From Takakia lepidozioides (taxonomy: Eukaryota; Plantae; Bryophyta): a stretch of DNA of 64,000 nucleotides. How positions within the stretch are numbered: position 1 is the stretch's first letter; every line of letters starts with the position of its first letter. Made by a program: the position numbers and the translations under genes. Positions 1 to 11,100 of this stretch are shown one piece after another. The notes below the pieces were generated by a model that worked only from the letters and a program-made list of their open reading frames with translations, had not been told where the DNA came from and did not search any database. The stretch lies in the NCBI GenBank assembly GCA_030704615.1, contig CM060734.1, positions 23,064,001-23,128,000 of the forward strand, given 5' to 3'.

Positions 1-8
1 AAGTGGGC

Positions 9-272
9 TCAAACAGTGTGCGCCAACGCACACTGTTTGAGCTGTCAAATAGTGGAGAATTGAACCGGGCATAGTGGCCCTATCTGGCCGTTTTTCACAC
101 CATCAACCAAGTAAAATGCGGGGCTCAAATAGTGTGCGTCAACGCACACTGTTTCAGCATCCAATTCGTGGTGGATTTAACCTACCGTAGTTCCCCTATT
201 TGGTTGTTTCGCACATCAACAAGCCAGCAAAATGGAAGGCTCAAACAGTGTGCGTCAACGCACACTGTTTGA
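9..272. repeat. 116-bp diverged tandem repeat with conserved palindromic core TCAAACAGTGTGCG-N4-CGCACACTGTTTGA (3 copies in window)
   Basis: Cores at ~9, ~125 and ~241; the linkers are related to each other. Lies upstream of the MULE-A transposase. Confidence 0.85.
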
Positions 273-1672
273 GCTTCTTGTTCGCGGTTGATGCAACCTG
301 GCAGAGATGTCGTGTGTAGACTATGTTCATATGGAAATAGAATCTCAACTTGGGTTCACATCAGCAATGAAGCACAAAGGTGGGTTTCAAAGATTGAACC
401 TTTTTTATGGCTGCTCCAGAAGACTCCCCAATCGTCGGGGACCCTTTGCGCTTCGGACTGCTCTCCACGCCTCGCATGTTCTAGAGCATCTCCCCCATCC
501 TCTCTTCCACTATTAGGTTCTTCATGAGGCCAGCGTCAACATCATCTTCGGCGTCTGCCTCTCCCTCGGATGCAGTGTCCTCCTCATCTGTTCTTGGAAC
601 TATGGCAGGCTGCTGTTCTCTCCGGATTCCTGCTCTTCCATCGCCGAACTTTGCTCTTTGCCCTCTTCTTCCGCCTTTTCCTCTTCGGCCACTCTTTCCA
701 TCCTCATTCTATATCTGGCTCTATTCCTGTTTCTAGAGCTCGTGAAGTATAATGACTTCCTTCTCTTCCTCCTCCGCTAGAAACAAGGGCTCCCCACGAT
801 GCCTCTAGAGTTCTCCAGTTTGACGTTTGCAACAAGGGTTGCTATTGCATGTAACCAAAATCAAAATTGGACATTGTCAACCGTATTTGGATGCGGGTGT
901 TGTTATTGTGTGCGAACGGAATTCATCCATTTCGGCGTCTTTGTATTATTCAAGAAATAAAGTGCTAGAAAATATGTACATCCGTTGCATGTACTTGTGA
1001 TATATGTCAGATGTACTTCGCCGCCTGCCAATATATGACGGCCTTCTTGCATGGTTTCAAATTCGGAAGTGCCGTAGAAATCTAATGCTAGTTCAATTTG
1101 GAGCAGTTCTTGCAGATTCGCCATAAATGTTGTGCTTCACATATGCATCCACGTGTGTCGTACTGCCTGCCCTGTGCTTTGCATTTTGCCGTCATCGTCG
1201 CCATGGGGTCATTCGGTATAAAGGGTTGTGTCGGAAATGATCTTGTGTTGCACACATCCATGCGAGGTGACTCTTGGAGTGTCAGTGTTTGTGCTGTGCT
1301 TTTCTGGCACGGCACAACCTCATTACATTCGGGGTCTTCCTGTTTACTGCTCTCCAGGGTTGTTGCCGTCTTTCCATAAAGGATGGTTTCATGTCATGTT
1401 CAGGGTTTGTTTTTCATCCAAAAACAACACGGCTTCTTGTGGCTTCCTGTATTTGAAAACAGTTTTTCTAGTTGGTGTCTCTCAGCGTGGTTGTCTGCGA
1501 AGTTCAGTGCATGTTATTCCTGCATCCTTTTGATGCATCGCCCGCAGCCTTTGGGTTAGTGCTACCCTTGTTGACCTCAATTTTTTTTGTGGTGGATCCC
1601 CTTTCGAGAATTGCGGGCTATCAGTTCGGGGATTCCGTTGTGGATCGAAAGTTTCGGTCAGCGTAGGAAAAC

Positions 1673-4600
1673 ATGTCCAGGGAGAGAGATAGATTAGCCC
1701 GATTTCATTCCAATGCAGGTAGTCTTCCACTGACTGCCACTGCAGACGACGATGGGTTTGCAGTTGTTCATGAGGATGAGCTGGTTACAGTGTTCCCACT
1801 GGAATTGGGTTCTCTGCTTGTTCAAAAAGAGGTGTATGACGAGGATGGGAATTTGGATTATGGACATTTGGAGAAACCATTGGTTGGCGAGTGTGGAAGG
1901 AAGTGGAGAGTCCTTCCAGGCACATACCGTGTCCTTGGAAAAGAGAGAAGACAATCAGCAGGATCAGTCATTACCCCTGGAACTACAGCATCGGTCGTGT
2001 AGCAAAAGGACACAGTTCATGTGAAACAAGAGGTGAGCACATCCACTACATTCGTGACTCTTTCAGACTCGTCCTCGGAGGATGTTTCTGAGATTCCTCC
2101 GCTAGTGCAGACTCCATTCTTGGATGAATCCGAATTGCAAGAGATAACGAATGTCATTCCAAAATTGAAAGCCCTCGCAGGGGTGCCTGGGTGCAAGAGC
2201 GAGCTGCGTTTTGTTGATTGGGAGTCCCTTCGTGTGCAGCAGGTTCAATACGTGCCAACAGAGTTTGATGGGGACATCTTGTTTGAGCTCAACCCTCCCA
2301 CGTCTTCCAATGGACTGGCTGGGCTTCTGCAGGGCATGGACAAGAAACATGACGGACACCCTTGGTGCAGGACAAAACGTCAAACATCCACAACGACATT
2401 GGATTGAAATTTCGAAGGTCGGTTTGCGTTGGGCATTGCAAGTGCCTGAATATATCTTGCCCTCGCCTGAGAAACAACGCTCAACCAAACGAAAGTGAGT
2501 GGGAAGGTGTGCCCTTGAATCCTTTTACCCTAGGACTTGCCCCTCCCAAGACCAATACTTTTGTGTGCAGGTTCTGCAAACTTTCCCCGTCCTGTGTTTC
2601 TGTGTGCCACGCTCATATGTACCAGGTGGCACACCGATGCAAGACAATGACTCGTGCCTGCATTCATATGGGTGCATACGAGCATCCTGTGTCCAAAGGA
2701 AGTTGCAGGGATAGCGTGGACATCGCTAGAAATCTGCTGAAGCAGGAGTTCCACAATGCCCCTTGTGCAACACCTTCTGCTATAGCGCTTGCAGCTAGCA
2801 AGGTTTTCCTGGAAAAACACATATTGGGTGAAGGTTCGACACAACCAATGCTGGATGCAGATTCGCTTGATGCAGTGATGGACCATTTCTCCGTGTTGAG
2901 CTCTCCCAATATTCGAAACCAGGTGAATGCACTCAGAGTCGGTACAGGCACTGCTGGATTCATGGACAACATTATGGACCTCAAACGGAGAAGTCGTTAT
3001 GAATTCATTCAAAACAGTATCTTCCCTGGCCAGGGCTCATCCAAGGTGTATTTGTTCAAGATGTCCGCAGTGGGCGAAGGCAGTGGTGTGAGCATTGTCC
3101 GCCGAATGCAACCTGGAGGAGATTTGGCTAAATGTTGGTTGATGTTTGATCACTGCAAACGGGTGAAGGGTTGGACAACCATGGCGTGCCATGTGTATGA
3201 TCCAGCGTACCAGCGTGTGCTATCAATAACAATTTGTGATATGCAGTCGGAGGACACTGAATCCCAGATGCTCATGTGGAATTCGCTCCTGGCCGTCATG
3301 CAGCGCAATGGAATACAGAACACAAATTTTGCGGGCTTCATGGCTGATAGTGCACAGGCAAATTTCAATGGAGTGCGGCACGTGTTTAGTTCGGGGGATC
3401 CTAAGGTCCCAATGGAAAATAAGGAGCGCACATGCCTCTTCCATTGGAGTCAATCTCTGGCACGTCATACAAAGCGGTGCATTCGCCCTGAGCTTCAGTT
3501 GGAGCACAGAAGACTCTGTCTCAAGTACAAAAATGCCAACTCAATGGGAGAAGCTGAGAGCACTTACCAAGCAATCCGGGCTTGGTGGTTCTCCTCTGGT
3601 GCTGCTACCGGTATCCACCTGAAGGAGTTGGAGGACTGGTTGGTTTTCTGGCACTTCAGATACAGACAGTGGGGAGTTTTCATGACGACGGTAAGCCTCT
3701 TGAATCCCAAAATCAGAAATTTTGCATCGTGCCTCTTCATTTGGGGTTCTTGGATTGTTGCTTGCAGAACCTCTTCCATTTCCTTTCCTTCCTCACATTT
3801 CCATGCAATGCCTCATGCAGGACATGTCCTTGGAGGACTTGGCCGACATGCCATCCAGTAATTTGGCGGAGACTGTTCATAACGCCTGGATGCAACAATC
3901 TACCAAAGAAGGTCGCGACTTGTATGTGGCCACTGCTGATGACATGGTGCGGGCACTTACACAACAAACCAGGTACCGCAATTTTCTGATGGGACGGGGT
4001 GGAGGCAAGGGCCCCGGTACGACTTTGTTGATGCTAAGGGCTGCGAGTAGGTCTGGAGACCCATCCAAGATGGCCAGAGCTCTGAACAGGTGCACTGAAG
4101 GCTCCCCTTTGCAATCCAGGCTCCCTCATTTGGAAGACGAGGAAAGATTTGGATCATGCAAAAGAAAATTGAACACTCTTCCAGGGTCAGATGGAGATTC
4201 CCATCGCCCAGACAAGGTCAATTTCTCTGTGCCAAAGGTGTCTCCAGTGCAGATTAAGTCGTGTGCCGGCCCCTTCCCAGGTGGGTCCTCCTCCTGTGGA
4301 GCAAGTGCAGAACATGCAAGCACAGCAGCAGGAATCCCATTGGAGGAGGTGGTGGCCATGGTGTAGGAATCTGATTGCATTGATAGTGAGTGGCATATAG
4401 AACGCACCCCACCAGGATCTAGAGTTGCTTGCATGGCAATTCGGACCCCCTCTTTCAAGAAATGCAAATCAAAAAAATGCAAAGGCTCCAGGGGGACTCC
4501 AGCTCCAACATTCACAGGGTTGTTCCGACCTTATCATAGTGGGGAGTCAAAGGACCACAAGTTCTGGTTCTGCCCAGACGATATGGCACGATGCGTCAAG

Positions 4601-5233
4601 GGAACAGTTCGTCCTTCGGTGATAATGAAACCCCCTCCCCCCACAATTTGGCCTGTGAAACTTGGGACGTCGCTGTCAACAACCGAGATAAGCATGCTGG
4701 AGGAGGGAGGGTTTTGTCTTGCACGATCCCGAGTGGTGCCCTTGTGCACTGTCGGCACAGATGTGCCACAAGCTCCGGCAATGCCTCCACCCGGTGCCGA
4801 CTCCCACCCAACAAAAAGAGATGGAAAAACAGTGCGCCGTGTCGCTTCGGGTGTAGATCATGAATGCAAGATGGAATCGGCTAGAATTTTGCAGGCTCGG
4901 GTGGCTCGTATCACCGAAGTCCCTGCCCCGGGGTATGGACGGAACTACACAGTGCTGTCTATTGGCTCAGTTCTTCATGGCAAAGAATATCACATTACCG
5001 TGGGGAATTTCCCTACTTGCACTTGTCCGGATTTTGTAACGATGCGTGAGGGCGCTCTCGGCATGAGAGGGAAGTGGGTCCCCTGCAAGCATCAATATTA
5101 CATATACCTTGTAATTATGTGTTGCGACGGTAAGAGAGACCAATTCATTCACTAAGCCACACTAGGCTACGGAGAAGTCATCACCCTTCTGCAGCGGGAC
5201 ACCTCACGTAGGGCTCCGCCAAATTCTCTTTGA
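1673..5233 (+). pseudogene. MULE transposase (GCM/WRKY-like Zn domain, DDE core with CxxH, C-terminal SWIM), disabled
   Basis: Motifs MFDHCKRVKGWTTMACHVYD, FMADSAQAN, TCLFHW and the SWIM CTCPDF...PCKH. GT-AG intron 3691-3820, conserved in copy B. In-frame stops at 2000, 4364 and 5153; frameshift at ~2375. Confidence 0.85.
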
Positions 5234-5652
5234 ACACATACGAGCCATGCCCGCTTCCCATGCTGGTTTCCAGGTTACCGTGTGAAGGCTTTGCATTTAG
5301 GACAAACACATACATTTCGTTCACGGAACCAGGGCAAATGCACATGCCATTCATTGTAAGCGTCTATCTGTGAATTGAAATAAAGTGTGTCAATCATTCT
5401 GAGCTCAATTCTGCCATATTTTCATATTCCTCTTTTTGTGCAGGCATTGCAGACATGGTGCATGGTGGCCCCCTTTGTTTTGTCCACGGTAATAGGCCCT
5501 CTTCTTGCAATCCTCGCCTATAGGACCTGCTTCTCCAGCAGATTTGTGCCGCTCACGCTTCCTTGAAGCGTGAGCTCAGCTCACGCTTTGCAGCTACAAC
5601 GTGAGCTCAGCTCCCAGGCTCACGGGGCTGGGCTCACGCCGTAGCTACGCTG

Positions 5653-7084
5653 ATTGCAAAGTGCCACGGTTTCAGGAAATCCAGTGTTAGAGCACCATTG
5701 ACCTGCCTACTTGGCAGCCAAATGGGCAATCTTCAAGGTAACATCTAGGGCTGAAAATTTGTTATAATGCCAATTTTTTTGGACAAGGCACCATGAAATG
5801 TTAATGTGTACTTACTTACCAGAGGAATTGGAAAACAAATGTCACCTCATGGGTGTGCCAAAACAAGATAATTTACCTCCCAGATTTCACATACAAAGCA
5901 GCCTATCTGAATCTTTGGAATTTTGGTCTGATTTTTAGGGGAGGCAGTAGTTTAGGTGCCATATAATCAGATTATGGAGGGCCTTTGTCTAGAAAGATTC
6001 AACTCGATACTTCAATTTTGAGGTCAAACAAATTTTCCATGTAATTTTTGAATATATTTACAAATTGGGGCATATTAGTTTGTTATAATCACCCGAAATG
6101 CAACCGTCAATTTGCCTATATTTTTGACAGGACATGGATCTAGTAGATATGCACATAAGTATAACCCTTAAGTTCCCAAGCGACCTGAATCGGGTCACTT
6201 TGAATTTGAGGTTCCACCTAATTTTTGCAGATCTAATCTGATGGGGCCCACTCCTGAAGCTTTAATGACAAGGGATTTGTCTCGAGTATGATGCAAAAAA
6301 CAAAACTAAAAAAAAACAAAAGCTGCGACCTACAAAAAATATCTTAGATCTCATTTTTACGTTTTGGGCCTGAAAATGGCTTGCTGACCGCTGACGTGGC
6401 AGGTAAACAAGCCCAAACAGATTGCACTCCAAAGGCCATTTTTGGCAGAAAATTAGCAATTTTGGAAAAAGCACTTCACCATCTGGTGTGTGAGCATTAC
6501 ATACACACATCCACCATTGGCTTTCAAAAAAATTGTAGAAAAAAAAGTACTTCATCTGGAGGCACATTTTCTCTTGTCAATTTTGAGATTTCAACCCCCA
6601 TGTAATTGCATGCAAAGCAAGCATAGGTGAAAAAATCAGTTGGACCTGCAATTTAGTGGGGTCATAGCCACTCCACTATTGATTTGGAAATGGTGGGTCT
6701 TGGGGCAAGCAAAATTGGATAAAGCTAGGTTTTGATTTGGTCAAACCAATTTCTTTCTCACTTTTTCTTTGGGACCTGATATTTGAGGTCCGGGCAAACG
6801 CTATAATCTCACAATTTCCACGGTGGACTTGGCTCCTTTTTTGGTATGTCATGCATAAATGAGCTGGGCCCATTGCTATAAGGCTGGAATCTCTGGATGA
6901 TTTTAAGTAGGTTTCTAGGGGCAATTTACTGCAGCTGGGTACCCAAAATTGGTAAAAAGTCAAAAAAGGGCTTGGGAACTTAAGGGATAAGATTCATGAT
7001 TGGGAGTAAGAAGTTACACCCTCGTCCATAAGGGTATGCACCATTTTTTTGTGGGCCCACCAAAAATAGCTCGTCCTTTAAGGG
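5653..7084. mobile_element. Right part of an outer piggyBac-like element hosting the MITE
   Basis: Ends GCTCGTCCTTTAAGGG|TTAA (7084|7085-88), with an inner copy CTCGTCCATAAGGG at 7021. The left TIR is not in the window. Confidence 0.45.
6165..6986. mobile_element. piggyBac-like non-autonomous element (MITE)
   Basis: Perfect 17-bp TIRs CCCTTAAGTTCCCAAGC / GCTTGGGAACTTAAGGG. ATAA on both flanks (6161-64 and 6987-90). No coding capacity. Confidence 0.7.
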
Positions 7085-8135
7085 TTAACACCCCAGGTTA
7101 GAGGTCACTTTTCATAAACTTGTGAGACCACATGCAACCATTGCCTCAAAATGAACTCCCTTGGTACATATGTACTTACGTGCAATGATTTCTAGCGGAC
7201 TCTGTCGACAACCCAACATGCTTCTCTCCCCTCCTCCTCGCTCATGGCTTCGAGCTTCTTTTGGATGTTCTCAATACTGGGAACGTGTTGAGTGGTTCAG
7301 GACGAGCCCGCGTGACTGAATATGCTCACTTCGGTGCCGTGCGTTGGTGGACTGAGCAGTAACAGCCAGCTAGCCTTCCATTGTGCTCGCACCTAGCCTT
7401 ATGGCAGCGCTCAAGAGAGAGACCAAGATTCAAGCGACAGACCAAGAGCCGGAACAGATGCATTCCCAACTGGCGTGTCTTTAGAATTAGCGCCAATTAT
7501 CAACGTGACGGTCGTGCATAACCCTGAACTGACGCGTCAAATCTTTGAAGATTGCCTGTGAGCGGCACGATATCGGAACAGACGCCAGGCTTGGACAAAC
7601 GGCTCAAGCGAATGCCATAACGGGCCTTTGCTCGCTTATAGTGTGCGCTAAGAGATTATTTTTTGGCAGCAACGTACTATCGTGTTAAGCTGGACTCAAA
7701 GAGCTTAACCAGCTTCTGAAAGAGTATCTGAGCTAGTGCGAGGAGATTAGGAGCCCTGAGATTGGCTACATTCTGCAGCTCTTCTGGAATCATACTCATC
7801 GTGTTAATACAAACTCAAGTGTGCCACACTCGTTCTCATCGGTCACCATTGGCCTTTGTTTTCCAAGAAAAAGGACTGGTTGGCACAATAGATCTACCAA
7901 AAGGGCAGTGATTTGCATGCAATGTATTGTAGAGAAAGTGGAGCAGTTTTAGGTCTTCGCTCTCTGCAGTGGCATGGATGCGAGAGAGGTAATCAAGAAC
8001 TACAGGTTCGGTTGAAGAACCATGCTAGACTGCTTCCAAGATGGCGGCCTTAGCCTGTATAGCTACAATAGGGAGCGCAGAATTTGTCTTTTGAAACAGT
8101 GAAGATGATCTGGTAGGAAAAGTTGAAGTAGGAAG

Positions 8136-11100
8136 ATGGAAGAGCTTGAGGTGACTCCAATGGATGAAGACGAGATGGCAGGGGAGGTAAGGCACGCTTT
8201 CGAGTGTGATTTGGGGGTGTGCGGTGGGCGCCAAAATGTCAACCATAGCCACACCCCTGAGTGCATTGCTAGCACTAGTGGCAGAGCGAGAGTGGAGGGT
8301 ACGGGCCCTGCGATCTCTGAAGGTGACATGCTCTGTATGAATCCAAAAATCCACCCCATAAGTGTTTTGCTACCCTTCTCTCCACACCGCCCCACCCACC
8401 ACATCCCACCCGACCAACCCATCTTTGCCTTTTTGCTGAGAAATCGTTGTCCTTCTAGTAGATCAATTCGGATGATATTTGCTTTCTGAATGGGGGGTAG
8501 AATAATATTCCTGAATGGCTTGCATAAAGTTTTTTAGTACAGGGCAGCACTCCTTGTTGTCAATTAGCTTTTGTGGTAGATGGATCAGATGCCTTCTGTT
8601 GGTTGCTCATTTGTTACATGCAGCTGCGTTTATCTAAAAAAGCCAAGCCCTAATTCCAACTCCTTTGCCAAAGCTTTTGCACAGCCCTGTACAACTGTTG
8701 TATGTCAAGAGTGTGTGACAGAGGCTTGGACAGCAGGATTGTGTATTCTTGTCCAAACCTCTCATTTGGCCTATGCTGCAGCGCTCTTACCTCATGGACT
8801 GACGCCCTCTCTCTCCCTCTCTCTGTCTCCGTCCAACCTGGGCACGGGGTCTATGGCCACAATGCTACAGCACACTATGTCTTATGATGAGTACATTCTC
8901 TCTTGGGTGTGCCAAATAGTGGTGACAGTAGGCACTGAGCTATTGGAAGCTTGAATTGATTTTCAGGGACATGTGAGAGGGCAGCAGTTTGCAGCCGGGC
9001 ATCAGTATGCTTTGAAGAGGCGGGAGTTTGTGGGGCAGAAGCTAGTCACGGTGGGACACTGGGTGGAATGGGCAGCCCCCGGTCTATCATGAGAGAGGAG
9101 GGGCGGAAAGATAAGGCTGAGTTGGGCAGATCCTTCCAACTGGCTGTTAGCGCACACGACTGGGCTCTTGCTGAAAGCTTCATTCCATTGGCTGATTCTC
9201 AGAGACTGAATGATGGGTTGTGCATAGCTCTCGACTCCATATGGTTTCTAAGGTAGTTCCAATTCCTGTATACTTTAGAGGAAAGGGAGCAAGGAGTGGA
9301 AGAATTGAGGGAGAGCCTCATCAAACTGTGCTTTCCGTAGCATCAACACCATAGTGCCTAAGTGCGTTGCACAAAGCAGAGTGAGGGAGGGATAAGCGGG
9401 GGATGGGAATGGTTCCAGAGAAGATAATCCATACCTTTAGTTTATGAATCTAAAGGTTGTCTCTTTACAGTAGAGATAGCATGGTAAATTTTAGACTTAT
9501 CACGACACAATTGGATCATTTGGAGAACAAAACAGAGGCACTATGAATTAGCCTGGACAGCTCGCTGAATAAGAGCCAAAAGCCATTCTCTGTCTCTCTG
9601 TCTCTCTCTCTCATTGATAATGATCTCCCTGTCCTCTAGGAAGCCTATTGCCATTGGGTGGACTTGATACGGGAGTACATTAATGTCTCTGGGACTAAAT
9701 GCCGGCCTTGTGACCTCGTGTCCTTGTTTGTTTCGACCTGAAGCGCTTTGCTCCAGGTAAGGTAGTGCATTGGATTTAGTTGGAAAGCTTGGGGCCTTTC
9801 CCTCTTTAGAATATGCCTACACGGGCCATTCCCTGCAACTCCCTGGAGTGTGATCTCTGAATGGTAACAAGCGGACCCCTACCGCTTGGGGGCAGCCCCT
9901 CCGCCCAAATTGGGCAGTCGTATGCTCTGTCTAGCATACTCGGCACTTGGGCTCGGGTTGGTTCCTGTGCTTAAACTTATAGCCTGCGACTACAATCAAA
10001 ATTTTAGCTCCTATCAACATCAACACTCCTGAGGGTGATTCCTGGGAATTGGTTACTTATGCCAAATCTAGGGATTCATGTGTAGTTTTTGGGGTGAATC
10101 CCAGGATGGATGATGTGTCCTTTAAAACTACATGCTCTAGCTTAGGCTTGGATTTCATGGCTAATGGTTCCATCTCGAGACTTGATAACAGGGGTACGTT
10201 GAAGGTTGCAATGACCAAAAGTGCTTCTAATAGAGTCCCACATCAATTCAATCTCAAAGAAGTTCGTCCCTTGACTGGCTGGAGAGCGGTCTTAGACATT
10301 GGTGATTCAATGGGGCGCTCTAGGAAGACAACCAAGGGCAAGGACTTCAACTTGAGAGTTTCTAATCGGTTTGATGCTCTGGATGAGGTTGAGTCCAAAC
10401 AGCCAGAAGGACAAGATGCCCCTAAGCGTACGGAACCTGAACGTCCTGAATCTGAAGGATTTGGTACTCTGAATGGTTTACCAATCCTCAAGGTTTACAC
10501 AAGACGAACAAATTCTATACACGGGGTAATTGTCCCCAAGCCGTCAGATGGACAATCTGTCCCTAAGTGTGCAGAGCCTGAATGTCGTGTAACTGAAGGA
10601 TTTGGTACTCTAAATGGTTTACCAATCCTCAAAGTCTACACAAGACGAGCAAAATGTATACACGGGGTAATTGTCCCCAAGCAGTCTGACGGACAATCTG
10701 TCCCTATGTGTGCGGAGCCTGTGCGTCGTGTAACTGAAGGATTTGGTACCCTGAATGGTTTACCAATTCTCAAAGTTTACACAAGACGAGCAAAATCTAC
10801 ACATGGGGTAACTGTCCCCCCTTTGCAGAACGGTTGGCCGTCCAGGAGAAATCACAAGCTACCTAGACGACAAACAATTCACATGCAAAGGACTGGCTTG
10901 CGGCTGGCCACTTTCAACTTCTCAGGGTTGACCAACCAAAGGAAACAACTCGAAGTGGGACAAGTTCTTCGGACTAATGATATTCATATCTGTGCTGGGC
11001 AAGAAACATGGGAAACGTCGGATAAACTGGTTGGAGATGTCAATGGTTATAAATGGGCAAAGATGTGTACTCTCAAGGCAGCCTCTGCCAAACGCGGTCA

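Larger units (their letters stand above)
1..5652 (+). mobile_element. Mutator-like (MULE) DNA transposon, copy A; 5' end outside window
   Basis: Transposase at 1673-5233. The 3' terminus ...GCTCACGCCGTAGCTACGCTG (5652) fits the TIR consensus CAnnGnnGCnnnGGCGTGAGC seen at 30394, 33601 and 36440. Subterminal GCTCACG/CGTGAGC repeats at 5570-5650. Confidence 0.8.

Noticed and set aside
8136-8186. Strong donor GAG|GTAAGG as the end of SKIP35 exon 1
   Set aside because: The phase-0 join to 8967 hits a stop before the conserved region; a phase-1 donor (8322 or 8298) is needed.
9624-9745. HDV-like ribozyme in the LINE leader (CCT-GTCCTCT-AGG, GACTAA)
   Set aside because: P1, P1.1 and P2 could not be assembled by eye, and the GGGAG is not kept in copy 3. 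A covariance-model search would be needed.
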